NCBI GenBank assembly: GCA_035353815.1
Contig: DAOQAG010000002.1
Coordinates: 18,130 to 82,129, forward strand
DNA: 64,000 nucleotides
Direction: 5' to 3'
DNA from: a bacterium
Lineage (GTDB): Bacteria > Zhuqueibacterota > Zhuqueibacteria > Residuimicrobiales > Residuimicrobiaceae
The position numbers and the translations under genes were made by a program. Below are positions 21,023 to 30,766 of the stretch, piece after piece (position 1 is the stretch's first letter; every line of letters begins with the position of its first letter). The notes beneath the pieces are model-generated. The model made no database searches. It was not told the DNA's origin and worked only from the letters and a program-made list of their open reading frames with translations.

Positions 21023-22276
21023 TTGAGGGAGTGTATGATCAAGATCAGACCACTGCGCGGCCTGAGGCCGCGCGACGAAATCGCTGACCAGGTTGCCGCG
21101 CCCCCCTATGATGTGATCTCTTCCGAAGAGGCGCGCACCATGGCGAAGGGCCATCCGATTTCCTTTCTGCACGTGAACAAGCCGGAAATCGATCTGCCGC
21201 CGACGGTGGACCTCTACTCGGAAGAGGTCTATGCCAAGGGGGCGGAGAACCTGCGCCGCTTCATAGCGGAAGGCATCCTGCAACAGGATCCGGTGCCCGC
21301 CATTTATGTCTATCAGCAAAAATGGCAGGGCCGCGTTCAGACCGGCTATTTCTGTCTGGCCGCGGTCGCGGATTACGATGCCAATCGCATCCGCAAACAT
21401 GAGCTGACGCGGGCGAGCAAGGAGAAGGATCGCACCACACTGATGGACCGCCAGAATGCGCAGATCGGCCCGGTCTTTTTGATGTACGCCGCCGAACCCG
21501 TCCTCGATGGACAGCTGATGGCCGCCACGGCCGGCACCCCCCTGGTCCATTTCACCACCCCCGATCAGGTCCGCCACACCCTCTGGCGCATCGACGCCCC
21601 GGAGCGTATCGCCGGCATCGAGGAGGGATTCGCCCATCTGGACTACCTCTACGTGGCCGACGGCCATCACCGCTCGGCCGCGGCGAGCAATCTCTGCCGC
21701 GAACGTCGCGCCGCCAATCCGCACCACACCGGGGAGGAGCCCTACAATTACTTCCTCGCCGTGATCTTTCCCCACAACCATCTGCGGATTCTCCCCTACA
21801 ACCGGGTGGTAGCCGATCTCAACGGCCTGAGCACAGTGGAATTCCTGCACCGGGTGGAGGAAAAATTCGTCATCGCACCGGCCGGAGCGGCTGCGCCGGA
21901 GGTGGCGGAACACACCATCGGGATGTACCTCGATGGCCAATGGTCCCTGCTCACTCCCAAGCCGGGCATCTGGAATCCGGACGATGTCCTCGAAAGTCTT
22001 GATGTCAACATCCTGATGAACCATATCCTCGCGCCACTGCTGGCCATTGGGGATCCCCGTACCGACCAGCGCATCGATTTTGTCGGCGGTATCCGCGGCA
22101 CCACTGAGCTGGTCCGGCTCGTTGACTCCGGCAAGTTCAGGATCGCCTTCTCGATGCATCCCACCTCGATCGAACAATTGATGGCGGTGGCGGATGCGGG
22201 CCAGATCATGCCGCCCAAATCGACCTGGTTTGAACCCAAATTGCGCAGTGGACTGGTCGTCCATTTGCTGGACTGA
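21023..22276 (+). CDS. DUF1015 family protein
   Basis: The conserved 'YVADGHHRSAAA' motif and overall length match DUF1015. It is followed by serA and serC, an arrangement recurrent in Bacteroidota and relatives. Confidence 0.72.
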   Translation: MRECMIKIRPLRGLRPRDEIADQVAAPPYDVISSEEARTMAKGHPISFLHVNKPEIDLPPTVDLYSEEVYAKGAENLRRFIAEGILQQDPVPAIYVYQQKWQGRVQTGYFCLAAVADYDANRIRKHELTRASKEKDRTTLMDRQNAQIGPVFLMYAAEPVLDGQLMAATAGTPLVHFTTPDQVRHTLWRIDAPERIAGIEEGFAHLDYLYVADGHHRSAAASNLCRERRAANPHHTGEEPYNYFLAVIFPHNHLRILPYNRVVADLNGLSTVEFLHRVEEKFVIAPAGAAAPEVAEHTIGMYLDGQWSLLTPKPGIWNPDDVLESLDVNILMNHILAPLLAIGDPRTDQRIDFVGGIRGTTELVRLVDSGKFRIAFSMHPTSIEQLMAVADAGQIMPPKSTWFEPKLRSGLVVHLLD

Positions 22277-22296
22277 ATCGAGCACAGGAGCTGACC

Positions 22297-23181
22297 ATGA
22301 AGATCATTTTAAGCGATAAATTCGACGCTTCCCTGCCGGGCCGCCTCGCCCGTTTCGGCGAAGTAAGTGACAATAAAGAGCTGATTCCCGAAGCCGAGGT
22401 CCTGCTCATCCGCAGCAAGACCAAGTGCACCCGTGAGCTCATTGACGGCGCTCCCCGCCTCAAGCTGATCATCCGCGGCGGTGTCGGCATGGACAATGTC
22501 GACCGCGACTATGCCAAAAGCAAAGGGATCAAGGTCTACAACACCCCCAACGCTTCAAGCGTGGCCGTTGCCGAGCTGGCCTTTGCCCTGATGATAGCTC
22601 TGCCCAACCATCTGATCACGGCGCACAACAGCACCGCCTCCGGCCAGTATCTCAAGAACGAGCTGAAACGGACCGAATTGCTCAACAAGACCCTGGGCAT
22701 TATCGGCTGCGGCCGCATCGGCCTCGAAGTGGCCAAACGCGCCCGCGCCTTCGGCATGACCGTTTATGCCTATGATGTCGTGCCGGTCCGGAGCGAATAC
22801 ATCCACGGCCAGAAATCGCTGGCGGAGCTGCTGCCGCTCTGCAATTATTTTTCACTGCACCTGCCGCTGACCCCTGAAACCACGGGCCTGATCAACCGGG
22901 AGCGGATTGCGCTGATGAAGCCGGGGGCCCGAATCGTCAATACCGGCCGCGGCAAAACCGTCGTGGAGGCGGATATCGTCGCCGCCCTCGAGAGCGGCCA
23001 GCTCGCCGGCTATGGCACCGATGTCTTCTTCGCCGAACCGCCGGAGGGCTCGCCCCTGCTCACCGCCTCTCATGTCATCATGACCCCGCACTTGGGCGCC
23101 TCGACGGCTGAAAACCTCTTGCGTATCGCTGACGAGGTGGTGCTGCTGATCGAGCAGTACTCCCGCGGGGAGCTGGCCTGA
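22297..23181 (+). CDS. serA: D-3-phosphoglycerate dehydrogenase-like 2-hydroxyacid dehydrogenase (short form)
   Basis: A D-isomer 2-hydroxyacid dehydrogenase with Rossmann 'GIIGCGRIGLEVAKRA' and catalytic His in 'MTPHLGAST'. Adjacency to serC supports a SerA role. Confidence 0.7.
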   Translation: MKIILSDKFDASLPGRLARFGEVSDNKELIPEAEVLLIRSKTKCTRELIDGAPRLKLIIRGGVGMDNVDRDYAKSKGIKVYNTPNASSVAVAELAFALMIALPNHLITAHNSTASGQYLKNELKRTELLNKTLGIIGCGRIGLEVAKRARAFGMTVYAYDVVPVRSEYIHGQKSLAELLPLCNYFSLHLPLTPETTGLINRERIALMKPGARIVNTGRGKTVVEADIVAALESGQLAGYGTDVFFAEPPEGSPLLTASHVIMTPHLGASTAENLLRIADEVVLLIEQYSRGELA

Positions 23182-23225
23182 TCCACCGGAACGTGTACAG
23201 CTTACTTGAATACAAGGAGATCATT

Positions 23226-24308
23226 ATGGGACGCGTCTATAATTTCAATCCAGGGCCCAGCACCCTGCCCCTCTCCGCTCTGGAAAAGGCCCAGGCGGAA
23301 TTCACCGATTACAAAGGTACAGGCATGTCGGTCCTCGAAATGTCGCACCGCTCCAAGGATTTCGAGGCGATCCTCGCCGATACCCAGAGCCTGCTCAAGG
23401 AAATGATCGGCATCCCGGACAACTACAAGATTCTTTTTCTCGGCGGCGGCGCCAGCTTGCAGTTTGCCATGCTGCCGATGAATTTCATCCCGCAAGGTGG
23501 TTCGGCCGATTATGTTGTCACCGGCGAGTGGGCGAAACGGGCCATCAAGGAGGCCAACATCATCGCCCGGGGACATGCGGCCGCTTCCTCTGAGGACAAG
23601 AACTTTTCCTATCTCCCCAAGCCGGAGAGCTGGGATCTCGATCCCCAGGCCGCCTATTTGCACCTCACCTCCAACAATACGATCTTCGGCACGCAGTACC
23701 GGAGCTTTCCCGATCACAAGGGTAAATTCCTGGTGTGCGACATGTCCTCGGATATCCTCTCGCATCGGTTTGACATCAGCCCATTCGCCATGATCTATGC
23801 CGGCGCGCAAAAGAACCTCGGCCCGGCCGGGGTTACCCTGGTCATCGTGCGCGATGATTTCGCCGCCACGGCGCGCGAGGGGCTGCCGACGATGCTCTCC
23901 TATGCCACGCATATCAAGAACAACTCGCTCTACAATACGCCGCCCTGCTTTCCCATCTACATCATGCAATTGACCCTGCAGTGGGTCAAGGAGCTCGGAG
24001 GACTGGCGGCCATCGAAAAGATCAACAGCGACAAGGCTGATCTGCTCTACGCGACGATCGACGGCAGCAACGGCTTTTATCGCGGCACGGTTGAGACCGG
24101 CTCACGTTCGTGGATGAACGTGCCGATCCGCCTGGCCACGGAAGAGCTCGAAGCGGCCTTTATCGTCGAGGCCAAAAGCCAGGGCCTGGTCGGCCTCAAG
24201 GGGCACCGCTCGGTGGGCGGCCTGCGGGTGTCGATGTACAATGCGATGCCGCTGGCCGGGATCGAAAAGCTGGTCGATTTCATGAAGGCCTTCAAGTCCC
24301 GCCATTGA
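23226..24308 (+). CDS. serC: Phosphoserine aminotransferase SerC
   Basis: 'MGRVYNFNPGPSTLP' is the class-V aminotransferase SerC N-terminus, and the PLP-lysine region 'AGAQKNLGPAGVT' is present. The start was chosen at ATG 23226. Confidence 0.85.
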   Translation: MGRVYNFNPGPSTLPLSALEKAQAEFTDYKGTGMSVLEMSHRSKDFEAILADTQSLLKEMIGIPDNYKILFLGGGASLQFAMLPMNFIPQGGSADYVVTGEWAKRAIKEANIIARGHAAASSEDKNFSYLPKPESWDLDPQAAYLHLTSNNTIFGTQYRSFPDHKGKFLVCDMSSDILSHRFDISPFAMIYAGAQKNLGPAGVTLVIVRDDFAATAREGLPTMLSYATHIKNNSLYNTPPCFPIYIMQLTLQWVKELGGLAAIEKINSDKADLLYATIDGSNGFYRGTVETGSRSWMNVPIRLATEELEAAFIVEAKSQGLVGLKGHRSVGGLRVSMYNAMPLAGIEKLVDFMKAFKSRH

Positions 24309-24323
24309 TCACCGCAAAAACGC

Positions 24324-24359
24324 AAAAAAAAAGGCGCTGGGTTCAGCGCCTTTTTTTTT
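24324..24359. terminator. Bidirectional intrinsic terminator (A9, stem aaggcgctg/cagcgcctt, T9)
   Basis: A perfect 9-bp stem with a 5-nt loop is flanked by A- and T-runs. It lies between convergent serC (+) and the secreted hypothetical gene (-). Confidence 0.75.
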
Positions 24360-24392
24360 GCCCGATCGCGATCGCGGGGGCACAGGGTAAGG

Positions 24393-24485
24393 GTGGATCT
24401 GCCCGGCTGCGATCAGGTAAGCAGGGCAAAAGTGGATCTGACCGGCTGCGATCAGGGAAGCAGCGTCAGGGTGGATTTGGTCGAC
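24393..24485. repeat. 39-bp tandem repeat x2.3 (gtggatctgNccggctgcgatcaggNaagcag)
   Basis: Copies start at 24393 and 24432 (2 mismatches), with a partial third copy at 24471. Copies 2 and 3 overlap the last 10 codons and stop of the minus-strand gene 24452..25288. Confidence 0.6.
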
Positions 24486-25288
24486 ACCGCTTGCGGAAAG
24501 GTCATATTGGCGGGGCCGGTGACCGCGATGGTCATGTCCTGGTCGCCGCTGGTCTCTGAACCGACGAGCAGCCCCGTGGCCGGCGCGAAGTAGATCACGC
24601 CTTCCTGTTTGCCATCACCGTCGACGGTTACATTGGCGCCCATCTGGCTGCCGCTGCCGTTGAGCTTCATCGTCCCGGTGAAGGCGATCTTTTGGCAGGG
24701 CACTCCGGCATGCTCCTCCTCGCCTATCAAAGTGAAGGTCAGGGCCGGGGTGATGACGACGGCAATGCCACCCTGATGCACCGTATCCACCTGGGCATCG
24801 GTCCAGCTGCCGCCGGTGGCGATACTGGCTTCCGGCAGGGTGACCAGCAAGCGTTTGAAGAGGGTCGCGGGTTCGATGCCCATCTGGCCCATCATCGGAT
24901 CGGCCTGGAGGGTATCGATCATCATGGACGAGAGCACCTTGCCCAGGGGTGAATGGACGATCTCGGCGCGTTTGTTGAGCAGCCCGCTCATCACCAGGGT
25001 GGTGTCCATGCGGAAATTCTTGATCTTGACACTGAGTTCGGGAAAGGAGACCCAGCATTTAAAGTTGCCCTGCTCGGTCACCCCTTGCGGCTGGATGGTC
25101 AATTTGGCATTCTGGCCCATCTCGGTGATCATCTCCTGCCCGTTCATCTCCATGGTTACCGTGGTTTGGGCGGTCAGGGCATAGGTATAGGTTTTTCCCG
25201 TTTCGTAGGCGTAACGCAATGTCGCCGGAGATTGCGCAAAAGCAAGAACGGCGCTGCAGAGCAAAACGGCCAAAACGACTCTTTTCAT
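24452..25288 (-). CDS. Secreted hypothetical protein (beta-rich, LolA/DUF4412-like?)
   Basis: Signal peptide 'MKRVVLAVLLCSAVLAFAQ', no catalytic motifs. The gene lies 17 bp downstream of the M28 peptidase gene on the same strand. Confidence 0.4.
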   Translation of the reverse strand: MKRVVLAVLLCSAVLAFAQSPATLRYAYETGKTYTYALTAQTTVTMEMNGQEMITEMGQNAKLTIQPQGVTEQGNFKCWVSFPELSVKIKNFRMDTTLVMSGLLNKRAEIVHSPLGKVLSSMMIDTLQADPMMGQMGIEPATLFKRLLVTLPEASIATGGSWTDAQVDTVHQGGIAVVITPALTFTLIGEEEHAGVPCQKIAFTGTMKLNGSGSQMGANVTVDGDGKQEGVIYFAPATGLLVGSETSGDQDMTIAVTGPANMTFPQAVSTKSTLTLLP

Positions 25289-25304
25289 GGAATCCTCCAT
25301 AAGA

Positions 25305-26891
25305 TTATTTGCCCGGTTTTGCTGGCGGGACAAAAACCGGCTTTTGTTTGGCATTGGCGACCTGCCAGGCGACCCGGCTGCACAACTCCGCCACCCGGGC
25401 TATTTTATAGACGTTGCACTTGTCGGCCTCATCGCTCACCTTGTGGTAATCGGGATGCATCCCCGAGTTGAAGAAGAGGACGGGAATCTCCTTGCGCACA
25501 AAGGGGGCATGATCGCTGCCGCCGCGCAGGTACTTGTCACTGCTGAGATCAAGCAGGAATCCGGTCTTTTTATTCGCCGCGATCAAGGATTGCTGCAGCT
25601 CGCGGCTCGTCCGGGCACCGGTGACCGAAAGGGAGTCGAGCCGGTTCCGGCTGATCATGTCGAGATTGAGCATGGCAGCGGTCCTGGCGAGCGGCCAGAG
25701 AGGTTCGGCCACATAGTGGGTTGAGCCGAAGAGGCCTTCCTCCTCGCCGGCGAAGGCGATGCAGAGGATGGAGCGTTCCGGCTTTTTGCCGGCCCTCGCC
25801 AGGGCGCGGGCAACGGTCAGCATCCCCACGGTCCCGGAGGCGTTGTCGTCCGCGCCGTTGTAAATACTGTCCTGGCCCGCGGCGGCGTGATGAACATAGC
25901 CGGTATGGTCGTAGTGCGCCCCGATGATGACCACCTCCCCCTTGTGCCGCTTGTCACGGCCCGGAATCAGGCCGGCGACGTTATGGGCCTTCCGGATGAT
26001 CTGGCGGGTGGAGGTGGAGATCTCCGCCCGGCAGCCGTCCAGCGCGTGCGAGTGCGGGGACATGGTGCTGTCGATGGCGGCCTGCTCGGCCTTCAGGGCG
26101 GCGATGCTGCCGAAGAGCTGGTTGATGCCCTCCTCCCCCACCTGGATGGCCGGAATCTTGTCGCCCTCGATCTGACCCAGGGTGACCGGCACTGCCTCGG
26201 CCGGGAATCCCGGAAAGAGGCTCGGCCAGGGAAAGCCGCGCGGCGTGAGCATGCGGTTGTGGAGGGGATCGGTTGCCAGCAGGATGCCGGCAGCGCCGTG
26301 CTCGATCGCGGTCTTGATCTTTTCATTGATGCGCGTGAAACTGACATCCTTGTGGATGAAAAAGGGACTGGCCGGATCGGTCTGGCGCGGCCCCCGCTTG
26401 AGGACAAAGACGATTTTGCCCCGGACATCGAGGCCGGCATAGTCATCATAGCCCAGCTCCGGTGTCGAGAGGCCATACCCGGCGAAGACGACCTCGCCGC
26501 TGCAGCCCTTGTTGGCGGTCATTTCGAAGGGCATGAACTCCTTCTTGATGCGATAATCGCGCCCGGTGCCATCGCGGCCGGTGATACGGCATGCATTACT
26601 GTCGCCAAGAAAAATCTGATGAAGCGTGATCTCCTGGAACCACCCGCCTGGCGGCGGCTGCAGGCCGTCGGCTTGAAAAGTTCTGGCGATAAAGGCCGCC
26701 GCGGTGTCGAGGCCGGGGCTGGGGGTACTGCGGCCGCGCAGGGAATCGGCGGCCAGAAAGAAGAGCTCTTGCCGGATGGCCTCCGGCTGAATGGCGGCAC
26801 GGGAAGGAGCCGGCAGATCGGCGGCGCTGCAAGGGAGGAGCGCGCCGGCAGCAAGCGTCGTCAGGAGGACCAATGCAGATCGCATGCGCAT
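25305..26891 (-). CDS. M28 family peptidase with PA domain (secreted aminopeptidase-like)
   Basis: M28 metal ligands are present ('HYDHTGY', 'GADDNASG', 'AFAGEEEGLFGS', C-terminal His). A PA-domain insert follows. Signal peptide 'MRMRSALVLLTTLAAGALLPCSA'; the track ORF has a 68-codon upstream extension. Confidence 0.75.
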   Translation of the reverse strand: MRMRSALVLLTTLAAGALLPCSAADLPAPSRAAIQPEAIRQELFFLAADSLRGRSTPSPGLDTAAAFIARTFQADGLQPPPGGWFQEITLHQIFLGDSNACRITGRDGTGRDYRIKKEFMPFEMTANKGCSGEVVFAGYGLSTPELGYDDYAGLDVRGKIVFVLKRGPRQTDPASPFFIHKDVSFTRINEKIKTAIEHGAAGILLATDPLHNRMLTPRGFPWPSLFPGFPAEAVPVTLGQIEGDKIPAIQVGEEGINQLFGSIAALKAEQAAIDSTMSPHSHALDGCRAEISTSTRQIIRKAHNVAGLIPGRDKRHKGEVVIIGAHYDHTGYVHHAAAGQDSIYNGADDNASGTVGMLTVARALARAGKKPERSILCIAFAGEEEGLFGSTHYVAEPLWPLARTAAMLNLDMISRNRLDSLSVTGARTSRELQQSLIAANKKTGFLLDLSSDKYLRGGSDHAPFVRKEIPVLFFNSGMHPDYHKVSDEADKCNVYKIARVAELCSRVAWQVANAKQKPVFVPPAKPGK

Positions 26892-27152
26892 GAGAGAGAG
26901 TTTCCTTGTCTGGCGGAATCGGGATTCGCCGGTGAGGTTCGCTTCGCTGAACAATATACTGCGCGCCGCGGACAAAAGCAATACTTCTGCAACAGCCGGC
27001 TGCGGGTGCGTAGGCCGGGCCGGCGCGGTAATTACTTGTGATTCAGCCACAGATTTGCTATATTCCATGCACCTCTTCCGGCATCCCATCAGCATACGCA
27101 GGCGCGGTCGGGAGGTTTCAGCGGCCTGCAGAATTGCAGCAAGATTGTCCTA

Positions 27153-28994
27153 TTGCAGAGAATGGATCGCTCCCCTATGCCTCCTGCTGACCAGACGCGG
27201 CGTTTTATCTTGTATTACCTGGGCAGGCACAAATGGACCCTGGTCCTGGGGGGAATTCTCACCCTCCTGACGACGGGATTCCAGCTGGTCATCCCCCTGG
27301 TGCTCCGCTTTGCGATCGAGTATGCAGAGTGGCGCCTGGGCAGCGCCGATGCCGCACTGCCGGGATGGCTGCAAACCCTTATGAGCGGATACACTCCCCT
27401 CGTCGCCCTCGGGATCTTTGCCTTCACCATGGTGGGCATGACCGTCCTGCAGGGCCTCTTCCGTTATTTTCTGCGCATGGAATTGATTGGCATGTCGCGC
27501 CGGGTCGAATATCACCTGCGCAACGACTACCTCCGTCATTTGCAGAACCTCCCCGCCTCATTTTTTCAGCGTCACAAGACCGGCGACCTCATGGCCCGGG
27601 CGACCAACGACATGGAAGCGGTCCGCTCCATGCTCGGACCGGGGATCATGTACTTCGCCACAACCATCATTGTCGCGATCATCTCGATCGTGCTGATGGC
27701 CGGGATCTCCTGGCGGACCACTCTGTGGTCGCTGGCGCTGATGCCTGTTGTCGCGTTCATCGTCTACAACCAGGCCCGGCAGATCGCCCGCCTCTTCGAC
27801 AAGATCCAGGAACAGTTCTCCAGCCTCACCGCCAAGGTCCAGGAGAATCTCTCCGGAATTCGCGTGGTCAAGTCCTACGTCCAGGAAGGGCACGAAGTCG
27901 AGGATTTTCGCAGCCAGAGTGAGGAGTATATCCAGCGTAATCTTAAACTGGTCAAGGTCCGGGCCGGGATGTGGACCTCCATCGACTTTCTTCTCGGCCT
28001 GACCACCCTGGCCGCACTGGTGGCCGGCGGACGCGAGGTGATGAACGGGCAGCTCAGCATCGGCGGCCTGGTGGCTTTCCTCTCCTATCTGGCGATGCTC
28101 GCCTGGCCGATGATCGCGCTGGGCTGGACTCTGAACATGTGGCAGGAGGGGCTGGCCTCCACGGCCCGCATCATGGAGATCTTTCGCGAGGAACCCGAGA
28201 TTCTCGACGGCCCGGAAACCGACCTCAGCATCACCTCGCTTCACGGTGAGATCGAATTCCGCAACCTCTCCTTCGCCTACTCCGCAGCCGGACCTGCGAT
28301 CCTGAGCAACATCTCGCTGCACATTCCCGCCGGCCGCACGGTGGCCATCGTCGGCGCCACCGGCAGCGGCAAATCGAGCCTGGTCAATCTCATCCCCCGG
28401 CTTTACCAGGCCGGCCCGGGACAGCTCCTGATCGACGGCCATCCCGTCGAGCGCATTCCCCTCGCCCTGCTGCGGCGCAGCATCGGCATGGTGCCGCAGG
28501 AGACCTTCCTCTTCTCGGAGACCCTCCAGGAAAACATCGCTTTCGGCGTGGAGGAGCTGCGCATGGCGGAGATCGAAGCGGCGGCCGAGACCTCGCAGAT
28601 CCGCAGCGACTTTGACCAGTTTCCCGATGGCTTCGGCACCGTCGTCGGCGAGCGCGGCATCACCCTCTCCGGCGGGCAGAAACAGCGCACGGCCATCTCA
28701 CGCGCCATCATCCGTCAGCCACGCATCCTGATTCTTGACGATGCCCTCTCCGCCGTCGATACCTACACCGAGGAAGAGATTCTCAAACGGCTGCGAACGA
28801 TCATGGCGGAGCGGACGACCATCCTCGTTTCGCACCGCATTTCGACGGTCCGCGACGCCGACCTGATCGTCGTCCTCAAAGGCGGGTCGATCATCGAGCA
28901 GGGCCAGCACGAGGAACTGCTGGCGCAAAAGGGAGCCTATTGGGAATTGTACCAGCGGCAGATGCTGGAAGAATCATTGGCCGAGATCAGCTGA
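27153..28994 (+). CDS. ABC exporter, fused permease-ATPase (half transporter 1 of a heterodimer)
   Basis: Six TM helices are followed by an NBD with Walker A 'GATGSGKSSL', signature 'LSGGQKQR', Walker B 'ILILDDALSAVD' and an H-loop. Confidence 0.85.
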   Translation: MQRMDRSPMPPADQTRRFILYYLGRHKWTLVLGGILTLLTTGFQLVIPLVLRFAIEYAEWRLGSADAALPGWLQTLMSGYTPLVALGIFAFTMVGMTVLQGLFRYFLRMELIGMSRRVEYHLRNDYLRHLQNLPASFFQRHKTGDLMARATNDMEAVRSMLGPGIMYFATTIIVAIISIVLMAGISWRTTLWSLALMPVVAFIVYNQARQIARLFDKIQEQFSSLTAKVQENLSGIRVVKSYVQEGHEVEDFRSQSEEYIQRNLKLVKVRAGMWTSIDFLLGLTTLAALVAGGREVMNGQLSIGGLVAFLSYLAMLAWPMIALGWTLNMWQEGLASTARIMEIFREEPEILDGPETDLSITSLHGEIEFRNLSFAYSAAGPAILSNISLHIPAGRTVAIVGATGSGKSSLVNLIPRLYQAGPGQLLIDGHPVERIPLALLRRSIGMVPQETFLFSETLQENIAFGVEELRMAEIEAAAETSQIRSDFDQFPDGFGTVVGERGITLSGGQKQRTAISRAIIRQPRILILDDALSAVDTYTEEEILKRLRTIMAERTTILVSHRISTVRDADLIVVLKGGSIIEQGQHEELLAQKGAYWELYQRQMLEESLAEIS

Positions 28995-29002
28995 GGCATA
29001 CG

Positions 29003-30766
29003 GTGACACTGCACGAAGAAGAGGTAATCGGCAAGGCCTACGACAGCCGCCTGATGCGGCGGCTGCTGACCTATCTCCACCCCTACCGCGGGCAGGTGGT
29101 CCTGGCCGTAGTCATCCTGATTTTCGGATCGCTGGCCGAGCTGCTCCTGCCCTGGCTGACCAAGGTCGCCATCGACCGCTACATCACCCCCAAACAGTTC
29201 CATGGCCTGCTGGGGCTGGCGGCGGTCTACTTTGCGGTGCTGCTTGTGCAGATGATCTTCATCTTTTTCCAGACCTTTATGACCCAAAAGATCGGGCAGA
29301 AGGTCATGTACGACATGCGCAACGAGATCTTTGCGCATCTGCAGCGCCTGCCCCTCTCCTTTTTCGACCGCAATCCGGTCGGGCGTCTGGTCACGCGCGC
29401 GACCAATGACGTCGAAACCCTCAACAGCATGCTTTCCAGCGGTGTCGTGAGCCTCTTCGGAGATCTCTTTGTTCTTTTCGGCATCATCGTCGTCATGCTG
29501 ATCTTTAACTGGCAGCTGGCTCTGCTCTGTTTCGCCGTGCTGCCCCTGATCTTCGCCGCCAGCTCATGGTTCAGGGTGCATGTGCGCGAATCCTTCCGCA
29601 AGGTGCGCCTGCGCATTGCCCGCATCAACAGCTATCTTCAGGAAAACATCATGGGCATGGCGGTCGTGCAGATGTTCAACCGTGAGAAGAAGAACTATCG
29701 CCGTTTCGATGAGTTGAACAACGATTATCTCCAGGCTTATCTCGAGACCATCTATTACTATTCGGTCTTCTACCCCCTGGTCGAGCTGATCAGTTCACTG
29801 GCCCTGGCGATCATCCTCTGGTACGGCGGCATCCGGGTCATCAACGGCGCCCTGACCATCGGCGTGGTGGTCGCTTTTGTCCAATACACCCAGCGCTTTT
29901 TTCAGCCGATCCGCGATCTCTCGGAGAAATACAACCTGTTGCAGTCGGCCATGGCCTCCAGCGAGCGCATCTTCAAACTCCTGGACGAGCCCGAACAGCC
30001 CCCGGTGCCCGATCACCCGGCGGAAATGCCGCCGCCCTGCGGCGCGATCGAATTCCGCGAGGTCTCGTTCGCCTACAACACCAACGAGCCGGTCCTGAAA
30101 AAGGTCAACTTAAGCATCAGCTGCGGCCAGAAGGTCGCGATCGTCGGCGCCACCGGCGCCGGCAAAACCACCCTCATCAACCTCATCGACCGCCTCTACG
30201 AGCCGACCAGCGGCCAGATCCTCCTCAACGGCATCGACACCGCGCGCTATCCGCTCGCAGAACTGCGGCGGCGGGTGCGCATGGTGCTCCAGGATGTCTT
30301 TATCTTTTCCGGGACGGTGGAGTACAACATCCGCCTCGGGGACCAGTCGATTCCGATGGAGCGGGTCATCCAGGCGGCCAAGGATGTGCGCGCCCATGAA
30401 TTCATCGAGAAACTGCCGAACGGCTATCAGACCGAGCTGAGCGAACGCGGCAGCAACCTCTCGGTCGGGCAGAAGCAGCTGCTCTCCTTCGCCCGCGCCC
30501 TGGTCTTCGATCCCGAAGTGCTGATCATGGATGAGGCTACTTCCTCGGTCGATACCGAGACCGAACTGCTGCTGCGCGAGGCCACCACCCGGCTGATGTC
30601 GGGCCGCACCTCGGTCATCATCGCCCACCGCCTCTCGACTATCCAGTATGTTGACTGGATTCTGGTGCTGCACAAGGGCGAGGTGCGCGAGATGGGCACC
30701 CACGCCGAGCTGCTGGCCAGAAAGGGAATCTATTATCGTCTCTACCAGCTGCAATATCAGAACTAG
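29003..30766 (+). CDS. ABC exporter, fused permease-ATPase (half transporter 2)
   Basis: TMD plus NBD with 'GATGAGKTTL', 'LSVGQKQLLSFARAL' and 'LIMDEATSSVD'. The probable GTG start at 29003 lies just after the upstream stop; the track ORF start 28940 overlaps gene 1. Confidence 0.85.
   Translation: MTLHEEEVIGKAYDSRLMRRLLTYLHPYRGQVVLAVVILIFGSLAELLLPWLTKVAIDRYITPKQFHGLLGLAAVYFAVLLVQMIFIFFQTFMTQKIGQKVMYDMRNEIFAHLQRLPLSFFDRNPVGRLVTRATNDVETLNSMLSSGVVSLFGDLFVLFGIIVVMLIFNWQLALLCFAVLPLIFAASSWFRVHVRESFRKVRLRIARINSYLQENIMGMAVVQMFNREKKNYRRFDELNNDYLQAYLETIYYYSVFYPLVELISSLALAIILWYGGIRVINGALTIGVVVAFVQYTQRFFQPIRDLSEKYNLLQSAMASSERIFKLLDEPEQPPVPDHPAEMPPPCGAIEFREVSFAYNTNEPVLKKVNLSISCGQKVAIVGATGAGKTTLINLIDRLYEPTSGQILLNGIDTARYPLAELRRRVRMVLQDVFIFSGTVEYNIRLGDQSIPMERVIQAAKDVRAHEFIEKLPNGYQTELSERGSNLSVGQKQLLSFARALVFDPEVLIMDEATSSVDTETELLLREATTRLMSGRTSVIIAHRLSTIQYVDWILVLHKGEVREMGTHAELLARKGIYYRLYQLQYQN

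Noticed and set aside
20999-22285. 428-aa minus-strand ORF opposite the DUF1015 gene
   Set aside because: The plus strand carries the conserved DUF1015 'ADGHHR' motif and synteny with serA-serC. The minus-strand translation has no recognisable features.
25887-27041. 384-aa plus-strand ORF antisense to the M28 peptidase
   Set aside because: A shadow ORF. M28 metal-binding motifs are on the minus strand.
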